Source: Girardia tigrina
Lineage: Eukaryota
Reading direction: 5' to 3'
Assembly: GCA_001938485.1 (NCBI GenBank)
Contig: MQRK01227907.1
Location: 49,577 to 113,576, forward strand
Length of the DNA: 64,000 nucleotides
In this document: one piece after another, positions 26,398 to 39,427 of the stretch
Layout of the letters: each line of letters begins with the position of its first letter
Numbering within the stretch: the first letter of the stretch is position 1
Made by a program: the position numbers and the translations under genes
The notes under the pieces: generated by a model
What the model saw: the letters and a program-made list of their open reading frames with translations, nothing else
What the model was told of the DNA's origin: nothing
Database searches by the model: none

Positions 26398-28043
26398 GAG
26401 GACTGCAAATCGTTCTCTCTCGACCTTCGTCAAATGATCGACTTTTAATCGCCATTCTGATTTGGGATTAATGAGATTCTGCAAATGCTCCAATTCATCA
26501 TTCAATTTCGTTTTCTCTGCCGCTTGAACTTTCAACGATTCTTCGAGAGAAACGATTTTCTTCGTTAACTCTTCGATTGTTTCCGTCTGATTGGTGATAT
26601 TTTCATTTTGATTATTATACTTTTTTGTTGGCTTTTCTCGATCCGAAAATTCGACATTGAAATTATCGTTTGTCTCCCTTGTTTCATTAATATTTGATAA
26701 TTTTAAAATTCAATTTCCAATATAAGATAAAGAAAACGATAATTAACTCTATAGCGTTTTATTTTATAATTTGTGTGTAGTTTCCGCGTACATCACTTTC
26801 CTTAAAACAATAACATCATATCTATAATATACTTTTTTTTATCATTTGAAAAAAAAAACCGATAAAATCTTTACAATAAAAATTTACATTATTTACATTT
26901 CTTTTTTATTATTTCTCAAATAAGCAACGCAAATTTCATCAAAAGTCATCGTCAACAAAAATGGAATTCTAATCTACATTATGGATAAATTTGTCTATAA
27001 CTGATTCAAACCAACTTAATTAACTACAGATATGCTCCAGATTCGGTCAATTGTTTAAAATATTCTCCAAACAGTCTTAAAAAAGCATTTACAAATCATT
27101 TTTCAAATTAAAGGTTAGATAATGTGAGTTTAAGGTTAGGGTTAGAGTAAGGGTTAGGTTTAGGGTTTAAGTTAATCAAACTTGAATTTTTCTGTCTCAT
27201 ACACCAGATGGTTTCACACGTTTTTCACTAATAGTGAAACGTTTTTTACACTTTTTTTCACTTGAAGTTCAGATGGAATGTGATATTTACATTTCTATGA
27301 AAAATTGTTTTTTATGACATCTCAAATAAGACTTCTTTTATTATCTTTCATTAAACGATAATTTTCATAGATATTTATTGAATAACACAGTTTTTATCGT
27401 AGTTTTGATGGATTGCGCCATATTCTGATTGTGATTTCCCTTTGGCATTGGGCACTTCAGCAGTTACTTAATTTTTACCCGTTGTATGTCTGGTTCTATC
27501 CCTGGCTATTATGAAATCGGGTTGTATTGTCGAAGATCTTTCCCTGTTCGTCACTCTCCTCGTCATATTACTCCGGTTTGTGTATTATTGTGTTCAGGAT
27601 CTGAGTCCGAGAGTCCAGAGAGTCTTGGAATGTGATCCACTGTAATGATGACCATCGGATGTTGGAGGTCACACAAGCATTGGTAATCGAAACATTTCTC
27701 TTCTGCAAATATAAATAATTTAAAATATCATCATTGTTGGGTAGTAAAATGCCAAGGCATCCAAAAGTGAATGTATTAAGGGTAATTTCTAATCTATCCT
27801 CGTCGGTATTCGCAATTAGCACATTAAGCGCTTTATATTTTTCTTTATTTGTCCGGTCACTAATTGTCATGTTTTTCTTAGTGTCGTAGGGGCATTATTA
27901 TTTAAGATTATAATCGTTATTTGCACAATCAATCATTAAATACCTAATAAAAACCTAAATCCTTACCCATAACCCTAATCCTAACCCTAATTACCTTTGT
28001 GATAACCTTTGATGAAATTGTCTTTCAAATTTATGTAAGCCAT
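26398..28043 (-). pseudogene. Decayed intron-containing BTB(-BACK) plus coiled-coil gene
   Basis: ATG at 28043 gives MAYINLKDNFIKGYHKG, then a 51-nt GT-AG intron. Next come frameshifted FND..YNL.KII and ILNYLY (BTB-like), then DKFIHNVD..LTMTFDEIC (BACK-like). An open stretch of about 100 codons at 26709-26398 (IEELTKKIVSLEESLKVQAAEKTKLNDELEHL, coiled coil) ends at a GTAAGG donor. Many stops and frameshifts. Confidence 0.5.
27079..27193 (+). repeat. Telomere-like repeat unit, copy 2
   Basis: Same flanks as copy 1, with ggttagggttagagtaagggttaggtttaggg. Confidence 0.8.
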
Positions 28044-28974
28044 TTAATTTCGGATAAATAAAATTATTTTAAAACAATTTTCTCCATTTTTAATTATTAT
28101 TTTAAAACCTGTTTTCTTTACTACAGTCTTCCATGAAATGGATCGCGCGCTGGGGAGTGCTGAAAAATGTTGTTTTGTTATTTTTCCAATTTGTTTGCTC
28201 ATTAAAAGATTGATTTTAAATGATTATCTTTTTTTTGCAATTTAGAAAATAAAAGATGGTTATAGATGAACTTTCCTGATGCAGTTATCGATGGTGTAAA
28301 AGTAAATCTTTTGTGATTTGAATTGGCTTTTTTTCAATAGAATATAGCATGAACCCTTGACGGCAATTGTTGTATTGGGTTCATGCTCAAAATATCGTAA
28401 CGTCTGATCGAAATTTATTATATTATCTGGTTTTATACTTTTACTGGTAATTAATGTCTGACAATTTGTGATAAAGGATATAGCAATGTTGACATAGTCT
28501 GTGGGAAGGGTTTTTGTGATAGTTTACCCAAGTAACACAAGGTCATGTCGTTCTCGAAATCTATAAATCCATGATTTCGAAGCCTCAAAATTTTTCAATA
28601 GTACCATTTAATGAATATATTTAATTCTTTAGAATCTGTGTACACCTCCTTTTCAATTATCTTATTTTCAATTTTTTATACAAGTGTTTTTTTATGAAAA
28701 CTGCCTTTCGTACGATATAGGCGTCTTTTACACATAGTCCTATTGAATTTCTGAATTTATATATAGATTACTCTTTGAACATCATTAAAAATATATATAC
28801 AATTTTAAATTGTAAAAAAATATCTAATAAAATATTAAAGAATCACTAAAGAAAATTCATTGTAAATAGATATATAGTCGAAAATTTTAATAATTTTCAA
28901 TTTCATTTGTCTTTTATTAGGTCTTTTATTTGTCTTTTACTTGGGTCGATGTTGGGGCGAAAGACCAACGGTTT

Positions 28975-29530
28975 CCAGAAGAATTATGCGTGGTGACACC
29001 TTGTTCGAAATTTTGAATCATGGAGAAACCATTAATTCAGAAAGGTATTTGGAATTCTTATCACGAATGTTTACACATTTTCATATTACGCACCCCATCC
29101 TCTTGCATGATAATGCGCGTCCGCATGTCGCCAGAACAGTGCAAAATTGGCCGGAAGAAAAGAATATCAACCTACTCCAACAGCCCCCTTATTCTCCTGA
29201 ACTGAATTTAATGGATCATTACATCTTTAGAAACTTTGAGACATTCCGAGGCTTATATACTTTATCAACAAATCGAGGAAAAAGGTCGAGGAAAACATCC
29301 GAGATTTTTTTCAACGTTCCCTCCTGAGAAATTTAGCTAGCAGTTTACTGATTTTGTAGCCCATTTCGGCAGAGTAATTGAATTATCCCACTTCATTCCA
29401 ATTTGTTTTATTTTGCTAAATGTTATGTGATTGAATTTGTTAAAAATAAATCTTGACATGCATTTGACATTGATTTTTAAATTTTTGGAGTGCATATTTA
29501 TAAAAACGAAATTTTTTTGGAACCCCCTAT
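28975..29530 (+). mobile_element. mariner/Tc1 3' fragment
   Basis: ETINSERYLEFL..ILLHDNARPH..QPPYSPELNLMD, with a TIR-like tttttggaacccccta at about 29513-29530. Confidence 0.8.
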
Positions 29531-29568
29531 AATTGATGAGTTTGTATTTTAACACAAATAATTATCAT

Positions 29569-30793
29569 TAGGGCGGGCAAAAGTCAATAAAGTCAAAATG
29601 GTATCATGTGGTAGAAATAGTGAGAGAATCCCTAAAGCATTCAAAAGTATATACAAGGATGCCTCTCCCCAAAGTCATTAGGTCAAAAATATGTCATAAA
29701 AATTTGTTAGGTCAAAAAAATTCAAAATAAGAAAAATAAATTAAAATTAGAAAATTTAAGTAAAAATAAGAAAAAAATTGCCAAAAGAACCCAAAATATG
29801 TCAAAAAAGTCGAATTAAGTCAAACATTTTAATTTAAAAAAGTAATAAAAATTCTAAAAAAACATATTTTTTTAAAATATTTAATAAATGTTTTTAATTT
29901 TTTTTGCATTTGTATTTTGTACTTCTCCTGACGGATGCCGCAAGGTATATGGTTAGTGCAGGATAAGTTCTGAAGACAATGTATCCTCAATTGTTTCATG
30001 TAACCTGCATTTTTTTACTGCACAATTGTGCAATGAAAGTGAAGACGAAATATGCAGCCGTAGACAACTTGACTGCCACTTTCAAGTTCCTAACAGTAAA
30101 GAACCGTGAACGACGAGACCTATTTAGAATTATTGGACAACCACCGTAGCCGGTTGTCCCGAGATTGACTACATGGTTGCACGCAGCTTTCTACTACGCG
30201 GAGCATATGCCAACAGTTCGATAGATTGTTAATTCCATTGAAGGCAAAGGGATCCTTCTTGCTCACGCCAAATAGGCGGTCGCAAGTTCTACTCTTGCCA
30301 AAGACTTAATCAACATTTTACAAAATAAGTCGCTGACATACTTGGTAGAACGTGGTGAGTCTCCAAACTATCAGATACGGCAGGCAGTTGAAGACTTAAA
30401 AATATTACTGTTGGGGCAGATTCGTGTGCCATTAGAAAATACTTAGATAAACGTTTGGAAAACACTGAAATTATCGACATAATGAAGATGGAGAGAAACG
30501 ATGTGTCCCCTCACTTATACGCTTTGCTGCAGGAAGCGCAGCCAACAAGTGCTACTGGGGAAAGGAGTTTTTCCATACTGAAAAGAATTTTGCGAGATAA
30601 TCACAACTTTGACGTGGAGAATGTGCGATACTATGCACTGCTGAATTTTAATTCCGTTGCTTGAATATTGTTTACTCTATATGTTATTAATACAATTTTT
30701 GATTTACTTGTTCTCTTAACTAATTTTATTAAGGTCAAAAAAAGTCTAAATATAGAAAAATTTTGATTTTTTAAGTCAAAAATGCCCGCCCTA
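29569..30793 (+). mobile_element. Internally deleted hAT element (CGGBP1/hAT19-like transposase)
   Basis: TIR TAGGGCGGGCA / TGCCCGCCCTA with perfect 8-bp TSD ATTATCAT. Decayed coding sequence TDAARYM..LKTMYPQLFHVTC..LHNCA...TSATGERSFS. Confidence 0.9.
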
Positions 30794-31907
30794 ATTATCA
30801 TATATCAATTTATTATGATTTTCACATAACGATTTTACTGATTGCGGATTTTCTTCCAATTTGTGTATTTTTCAATCATTAATAAATCCAATAATTGGTT
30901 AATTTTTTGATAAATTAAAATAATGTATTTTGGAATTAAGTTTACGAAATCCAGCTCTATCTGACAAAGATAAATTTGCTAAAACATGTTTACCAAAACA
31001 ATGTTTCAAGTTGATTACATTTAATCCGAAAATATGATTGTTGATTTCTGTACTTAGAGAATGGTTTGATGAGCTGAGCACGAGGCAAAGAACAATTATT
31101 ACATTACAAAACTGCCTGACAAAACAATAAAATAGATCACGTTTAAAGACATAATGTTTTCTTTTGTTTCCAGGTTTATTTTATACTTTCAGTCTAAACT
31201 TGTTCTTTATATCTCAATTAATGTAAACTGATATGTTTTATACTGGAGCCCTCCAAAACTCGGTTTAAGTACCATTGTTACTACTCATTACAATTACACT
31301 ATCATACACTTCAAATGTTTAAAGCAATTTAAAATCAATACACTACACCTTTTATTTATTACTGTGCTTATCGCATCTGTGTCTTATTAAATATTCATTA
31401 ATACTTGTTTAGAATATTCAGATTAAGTTTATGTTAACGTATTCAATAGTGACCATGTTATATTTTGTAACGGAAATGAGCACAAAATATTGGAAGATAT
31501 TTTATTTACCTTTGGTTTTGTATTTACAAAATCTCTAAAGTCTTATTGTGAAAAGTGTACAAGTATATATAGGGTGATCCAATGAGTACACACGATCCTA
31601 GTTTTACATAATTTATGATAGTTTAATGTATGAAATACGATGGTCTTTTCTAGGTCGCGTGGGACCCGATTGAAAATTTTATTGAGCACTGAAAGCAACT
31701 TCAAATTAATAAATATTTACTAAGAACGAATATTAAAAAAACATTAAGAACAATTTATAATTTATCGAAAAATATTTAGTTAAATAAATTACACCGATGT
31801 TTAAAACCCTTTCTGTACTTATACTCCCAACCCCTTTTTATGAAAAAAATGTGGTACTCATAAATACTCACGTGATATTGAAATTTATTTAAAGAATACA
31901 AAATCAC

Positions 31908-32589
31908 GGAGCAGGACGTTTTGGTACCGCCGTTTTGGTCCCAGATGGTTTTGGTATCACTGTTTGGTACCACCGTTTTGGTCCTTGGTATATTTATTTA
32001 TTTGATCTATTTATACGATACATATGATCTATATAATTCATTTGTATGATCTGTTATGCCGAATTTGTATAATATTTAAAATATTCCAAATGAAAAAACT
32101 TAATTTAATATGAAAAAATAGGTATTTAATATGAAACATTATCAATTTAATATCAAAATTATTAATTTAATATGAAAAAATATAAATTTAATATGAAAAC
32201 AAGGTTTTAACAATACACGTTTGCAATTCCGTTTACCACCAAAGAAGAATTTTAAATAACTATGCATAAAAATTTTACATTTTCAGTCTATTTTGCATTA
32301 TAAATTAAGATTTTTTTCAAATTTAATTTATATTTTTTCATATTACATTGATTTTTTTCATATTAAATTGATAATTTTCATATTAAATACCTATTTTTTT
32401 CAAACATGAATTAAAAAAAATTTTTATTCGGCAAAAATTGCCTAATTCACGAATTCGCCAATTATACAAATTCGGTATAACAGATCATACTACAGCTAAA
32501 AATTTTATAAATAAATATACCAAGGATCAAAACAGTGGTACCAAAACAGCGAGGGACCAAAACTACGGTACCAAAACTGTATAAACGCA
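31908..32589. mobile_element. Foldback MULE-type MITE with inverted arms of about 290 bp
   Basis: Arrays of GTTTTGGTACC and GGTACCAAAAC at the two ends. Internal inverted tttaatatgaaa repeats. 9-bp flanking duplication ACAAAATCA (31898-31906, 32589-32597). Confidence 0.85.
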
Positions 32590-35500
32590 CAAAATCATGT
32601 GCCATATTATGTTTAAATAAACATTAAATAATATGTTGATTCATCTATTTTGACACTGATTTGAATTTTTTGTTTGTTTGTATACGAAAATAATATTTTA
32701 GTCTACTTTCAATAGTCTCGCGCCCCACATGTTGGAGACCATTGAATTACACTATTTGTGTCAAATCAACAAAACAATCTTTTCAAACTACTATTTAAAA
32801 AACAGCATATTAAAAACATTTGGAGGAAGGAATATCTTCCTGAAAATAAAATAACATATTTTGTCGAGTCTGACAATGCACACTATATTTTAAAATAATA
32901 TTAATTATTAAATAGCTTATGCATCTAATTAAGCTTATATTATACATATTTTAAGAGCTCCTGAATCCCCTAGACAAATTTGAAAGATTTTCACAAATAC
33001 AAATGTTTCAAAAATAGTATGTTCAGTTTCTCACCCTTCCATATAACTTTTGTAAGACTTCAACAAATAAAAAAACTGATTCTTTTACAACATATTTTTC
33101 TATATGGAAGCTTTGACTAAAAATAAATACAGAGATTGGAATTTTAAAAAGATTGAATGTCTATTATTTTACATTTTTGCAGTTTTAACAATAATTTAGA
33201 AAATAAATATTTTAAAATTCATGAAATTTAAAGGCGAGCATAGACACTTGCAGCTCTTTGGTATATTTCATATTGGTTGGACAGAAAATTCTTGAATATT
33301 CTTGAAAATCAAAATGTTTACTAATGCGCTAAAAGATAAAGAATTCTTGATTTCAGTACACTGTCAGGTATTAATTTTATATGCAATGGATAATAATTAT
33401 ATAATGTATAACTATTTCCTGAATTGTAACGAGTAACGTAACCATTTTGATACTTATAAGTCACTAGTAAGTTTAAAATAAGTTGTGGTAACTTTTTCAA
33501 AAGAGCTTTTTTTAAGTAAATATACAAATTCTGAAGGTAACCAAAGATACTGTTACATGTGTGTGAGGAATATTTGGTGTGTAATTGTTTTTTGTAGTGT
33601 TTACATGTTTAAATGTTGTGTGTTGCTTTGGGATTGTGCCTCTCCTAACCAGATGGATGATCAATATTTTAATAATTATAATCTGAAACTAATTTATTCA
33701 AATTTAGATTTAATATTCAAATTTTTAATTTTTATTATTGCAACTTTTAAATAATTTTATTGATTTTATTTTTGTAAATTTTTAAATAGTTAAAATCAAA
33801 TTAATATTTAAAAATGAATATAAAAATATTTTATTTTATCCAATAAAATTTAAATTAAATATTTTTAAATAAAATAATTTTCTCAAGTATAGTTCAGATT
33901 ATAATGAGAGATACTGAAAAATTGAGTGATGGATTTACGTGAAAGCAATGCTATTGATCGTCATAAAGATGATAAGAAATGTGAATGTAATAAATGTTCT
34001 GTCAAATGTGTGAGTTCTCTTAACAATGTGTTTGTGGCCAAATCTAGATTAAATAAAACAAGTACTCCTTGATTTTAAAGAAATTCCCTTGTCGTTCCTA
34101 AGAAGTTTATTGTTGGAACATGAGCCAAAAAATCCATCAATCATTGCCTGGAAAATCCAGTCATGTTATGAGATCAAATTTTAATGTGTTAGTGTCCGAT
34201 GATATTTTGTGAGTTCTCTTAAGACATTATTAGGAACAAATGAGGAGTACATGACAGCGAGAGATATCAAAATACCGTACATTATTGTGGATAATAGAAA
34301 ATGGATTTTAAAGATAAGGCGGTGACTTGAAAAATGTCCGGAAATTGTGCACCTTGGAACAGATTTTGATGGAAACAAGGGACATTCTGGACAATTTATT
34401 GCAGTACTATCTTTGGTGTTTGATTCCTTCGCAGTCATGGACAATATGAAAATTGAATCTTAAATTATTTTTATGATATAATTGTAAATATTAAAAAGTT
34501 TTTTAAAAACCACCCTAAATTTTGAAGAATTTATATGAATTTTTAACGACGAAGACATTTGAAAGATTAAAACTTTTACAGTATTTGTTAAACTTTGCGA
34601 TTCTCATTAGCGTTAAATGGCAACTTATTCTATGGAAGCAGAAGATAATGTTAAATTTCATTGGAGTATTTTAATAGTAAATACTTCAGTTTGAATAGCA
34701 TCAATATATAATGAAAAGTGTACCACCATATGAAAACAATAGATTGGAAATTGGGATTAAAAATTTTAAAGATTATGCAAAATCCTTTAGGGTTACACTG
34801 ACGCCAATGCAAAAAGCGTTCCGTTAATGAATCTTAATTCGACTGTAATATATCTACATATACATGTAATTAACATTATAATATAGACGAAATTAAAAGA
34901 AAACAACGCCTTAAATTTATATTTTAATGAATGCATAAACGTAAAATAAATCAACAATTAATAAAATTACTTTAGTCATTAAGCACTACCTAAACCTCCA
35001 TTGATCTATACAAGTGTTCCTCCATAATTGTTAACTGGTGGTCATACCTTTTAACATTTATTTTCCTCTTACTCTATTTCATGGACATTCAGTACTTGGA
35101 AGACAAAAGATTAAAATGATCACTGTCATGAAAGATATCAAACGTATATTAAACTTTATAAAAACCTCAACGTACAAAAAAATTGAAAACGTTTTTTAAT
35201 GTTATAATGAACTCCAAACCAATATTAATTAATTAATTAATTGAAAATAAAATAAGTCGAAATCAATTAATAATGTATTTAACATCACGTTTAAGGCAAC
35301 CAAAAAAATTCATTTTATTTACAAATATATATATCTAACCAAAATATATATCTAACGTAATAATAAGTATACTCAAATTTTAAATAGGTTACCTTATGAA
35401 AAAATTTAAGATGAAACAATATGTAAACATTATACCCTTCCTAAATCCAGCAATTGGTTGTACCCTGTTAGAGAGAAAAGATCTTGAGGTCGTTGCAATC

Positions 35501-35680
35501 TCTAATGTAACACCCTGTTTGCCAAATACAAATTATTACCCTATATAAAGTAAACTTAGTTAACAACAAACAATCAAAAACAAGTAATCTAGGGTAGCAG
35601 CCAAATAAAAAGTTAGCAAAAATGTCCGAACTACCAAAACTATAAAAATTAACTTAGAAAAGAAGAATAAGGGATTTAGT

Positions 35681-36465
35681 CTACGCTGAATACATATTAC
35701 CTACGGGATATACTGTTTGTTGAGTAGATAATTGATTGCTATGTATTATATACGGCGCATTACTCGTTGACATTGAAGATGAGTTATTTGATGAAACTTG
35801 GGATGGCTGATGAGATGAATAAACTTGACTAGATTGGTTTGGAGAATAAGAATTAATAGACACTCCACTAATTGAGTACGGTGGTATATTGTGATTGCCT
35901 GGATTGTTAGCAACCGTTGAAACTGTATCTGTGACACTAGTTGGCGGCGGCGGAGACGGTGTTGTATCAGAATCATACGGTACATTTGGATTGTGTGACA
36001 GGCAAGCATGATGTGAACAAGGATGATCAATTTCAGTACTATTAGGCGTTGTGTTGCTTTGGGGCATATACTGACCATGGCCCGTATAGTTATAGTTCAT
36101 AACTGCTGGAGTGTAGCCGGCTGCAAAAGCTGGATAATTTGAATTAAAAGGAGGACCACCTACAGAATTAGTTGGATATTCATTAGCAGGAACATACTGG
36201 GGCTGATAGCTTTTCGAACTGACTGTACTTGTAGGTAACATGTGTTGCCGTGGATTGGAGGCGTTTCTAGATCCCGAGGAACTCCCATTTGCACTAGAAG
36301 TATTTGTGGTGGTGATTGTCGTACCTCGACCAGCTCGGTTTTTGAAACTCGAGTCTTGGCGAAGTTTGCGCCGAATTAAACAGTACAAAACCGTCCCGAA
36401 ACAAATGACAAAAACCGCAATTGGCCCAATAATGTAAAGTGGAAAATTGTTGTTTTCTTTTACAT
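35681..36465 (-). CDS. FGFRL/ndk-like receptor, terminal exon: transmembrane helix plus kinase-less cytoplasmic tail
   Basis: tttttag|AT at 36465 (phase 1). Encodes DVKENNNFP-LYIIGPIAVFVICFGTVLYCLI-RRK (TM followed by a basic stop-transfer), then about 230 aa rich in S/P/N/Y, ending MYSA-TAG. Two Ig + TM + no kinase is the planarian ndk/ndl (FGFRL) architecture. The exact paralogue cannot be identified from sequence alone. Confidence 0.9.
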
Positions 36466-36719
36466 CTAAAAAAATAATATCAATATATATTATTTTAATT
36501 TAATACTTTGTGTTAATAAATTAATCTTAAAATATATTAAAAAACACTTATGCTTTAATTAAAAAAATTGTCATATTGATTTTCATTTTTACTTCAACAA
36601 TTTGGGTATCAGTGGTCTTAGATTATTCCATAAACTTATGTCGTACCCTATCTCACAGAACTGTATGATCTTGAGAGATTTAGCTGGAAGAGATTCTTTT
36701 ATTATTTCTTACAGTTTAC

Positions 36720-37250
36720 CTTTTCAATAGTCCGGTGCCATTAATGACTGAAAATGTATCTCGGTTATCTCTCTCCTTGATGGACGATTCGCCATGATAT
36801 TTGCTTGACTTGCTATGTATATAATGCGACAAATATAACTAGTTTGTCGGATCTGTCTTGGGTTTGGTTCTTTCATATCTATTGCAGGCTCTAAGGGCTT
36901 ATGATCTGAATATATCGTGAATTCTTGTGACTCCAAAATGTCCCTAAAATACTTAACATCATCGTGAACAGCGAGTATTACTCGGTCATATGTCGAGTAT
37001 CGTTGTTCTTTTTATTTTATAGAATGGTTGACAATTGACAAGATTTTATCATTTCCAGTTTATTCCAAGACTGTTTTCATAACTAAATTTGAAGCATTCG
37101 TGGTCAGTGTCAGTTTTAAATTTTCCAGGAGCATTTTCAAACTCATTGTATTTTGTAAAAATATTTGAATTTCGCCCATACATTCGCTTTCTCATAAACG
37201 TAACTCAACTTTGTCCTTGTAGTGAACATTTCCAACAAAAAATCAAACAA
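36720..37250 (-). mobile_element. Gypsy RT/RNase H remnant (intronic)
   Basis: LTLTTNAS (variant of TDAS), then QRYSTYDRVILAV..VKYFRDILESQEFTIYSDHKPL. Confidence 0.8.
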
Positions 37251-37494
37251 CGCTAAAATTTTGCCAAATTTAAATATTATTAAAATGTAATTTGAATTTC
37301 TTTTATTTTTTGTTGTCGCAAATCTATTTAATAATTACAAAATTAAAATTCCCAGAAGTTTTTTTTCACAAAGAATATCGGGTCACAAATTCAAAACCAA
37401 TTTAGACATTTTTTTAACCGTGAGCGAACTGCCGAAAAATCGTTTAAAATTTATTTTTGTGATCAATAAATTTTGTATCCGATTCTGTCTTTTC

Positions 37495-37640
37495 CTTGTT
37501 TTTTGCAAATGGGAACGGCCATGGAAACTCCAACCTCAGTCCTTTTATTATTTCGGATAATGGTGCTAGTATCTCGGAGCAGTATTGGATGATAAAAGTT
37601 AATCATACCAACCTATATGCCAATGTCTCGGATTGTTCCA
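37495..37640 (+). mobile_element. Possible Penelope RT remnant
   Basis: An alternative frame reads QMGTAMETPTSV, resembling the PLE GTAMG(T/S)P motif. Confidence 0.35.
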
Positions 37641-37963
37641 GGAATTTCGGAGCATATTATATGTTCGAGATTTTCTTTTATCGGTCTTACTTGCTGTTCA
37701 GAATTAGTATAGTCAAGAAAATAGCCAAATTTTAATTATTTGTAAGTTCAAAATGTGATTTTCTAAATTTTCGCTTCTTACCAGAATATTAAACAGGTGT
37801 TGTGATATACTTTATTATAGGTAATAATGCATTATATATTAGTATTGATAAAGATTGAAAAAATTATTATTTGATAAATGTAATTACTAATTGTTTAATG
37901 TTATAGAAATAAATTCATTATCAATTTTTATCAATCATTATCATTATTCATAGGATTTTCTTT

Positions 37964-37981
37964 TGGTGTCAGAAGTGGGAT
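37964..37981 (+). other. LTR retrotransposon primer-binding site (tRNA-Leu)
   Basis: TGGTGTCAGAAGTGGGAT, an 18-nt complement of a eukaryotic tRNA-Leu 3' end including CCA. This is a common Gypsy PBS. Confidence 0.65.
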
Positions 37982-38194
37982 GGACAGATTGTGTTTTTTG
38001 CGTCATTATCGTTCTTACTGATAGCAATTCAATTAATATTATGCCTTCTCTATACTCTCTGAATAACTCAACTTTCAGATTTCGTTCTCTAATCTTCCGA
38101 TTCTCTTCTTCCAGTCCAAGTATGTATATTTTATATTATATATTTTATATTGTATATTTTATTATTTTTTTTTAAAAACTGAATAATATTATTT

Positions 38195-38239
<45 letters not shown>

Positions 38240-39427
38240 TTAAAGTACGAAAAGATTTTTTTTAATTACGCGATATATTTTGTTAGTGAAAATCCAAGAG
38301 TCAGTTGCAATTCAGATACTTCAGCAAATCTGTCATTCTGATACTTAATGTTCAAACCGCATTTAATTTGGATGAGTGATTCTTGGAAAAGGAAATTCGT
38401 GTATTAATTATACAAAATAAAATTAAATAATAACTTGATTTTTAGTGCTTCTTATAACATATTTTTGACACGCGATACCTGTCAAATTTTGGGGGGAATT
38501 TGTTTACCATACGGCCGGAGAATGCGCTGTATAATTATGTATGAATTATGTGTTCCCCAGACCTAAACTAAACACGATGTCGTTTGGGTTGTCATTGAAA
38601 GTGTCGAAAGAATGATAAAACTATTACTAGTGTAAAGACCGGTTATGTTGTCTACACTAATAAATAACCATGATAAAATCAGCAAAGAAACTAATTAATG
38701 AAATAAGCGTTCTAAAAAAACTAAATATGTATAAATTAGGAATGTTTTTTTAACTTTATTAATAGGAATATACATCCTTATAGTTTCTTAACACCATTAC
38801 TCTTATAATTAATTAACGGGAAGGTTTCTAAGGTATAAACATATAAATATATAATCAGTTTTTAACAAATTTTTTTTCACGACAAAATTAATTATCGAAT
38901 TCCAGTTGTATAAAGAGAGAATTAATTATTTTCCGAAAAAATGTAAATATTTTAAATTAGAAATGTAAACAATTCTATTAAAAATGAAATTGTTAAATTG
39001 TTATCAAAAATAAACGACATTTTTATTTGTCAACAAAGTGAAATTTTATGATAAAAAATTGATTAAATTATATTAAAATGCCTAAAAGTTGTGAATACCC
39101 GTCTGATAGTCTTAAGGGTTTCTCGGACGATCTAAAATGTGAGCCACAGGAACGATATAGATCCGTGACGATGAGAATCGAAAAATAATTTTATTAATAA
39201 CAAATATTTAATTTATGATAATTAAAACGTTTGGAATAACTCAACTCGAATAGCAATCCCAACTAAAGGATACCTCCTAATGGTACCATGAGACCTAATA
39301 GTATCACTACTCATTTTTCAATAACATTTTAGTGATACTATTTTAATCCTAACCGTTTCATTATTACAAATTTTTAATGATAGTTCATGATATAATTATG
39401 AGTTATCCGTCAATAAAAAACATTTAT

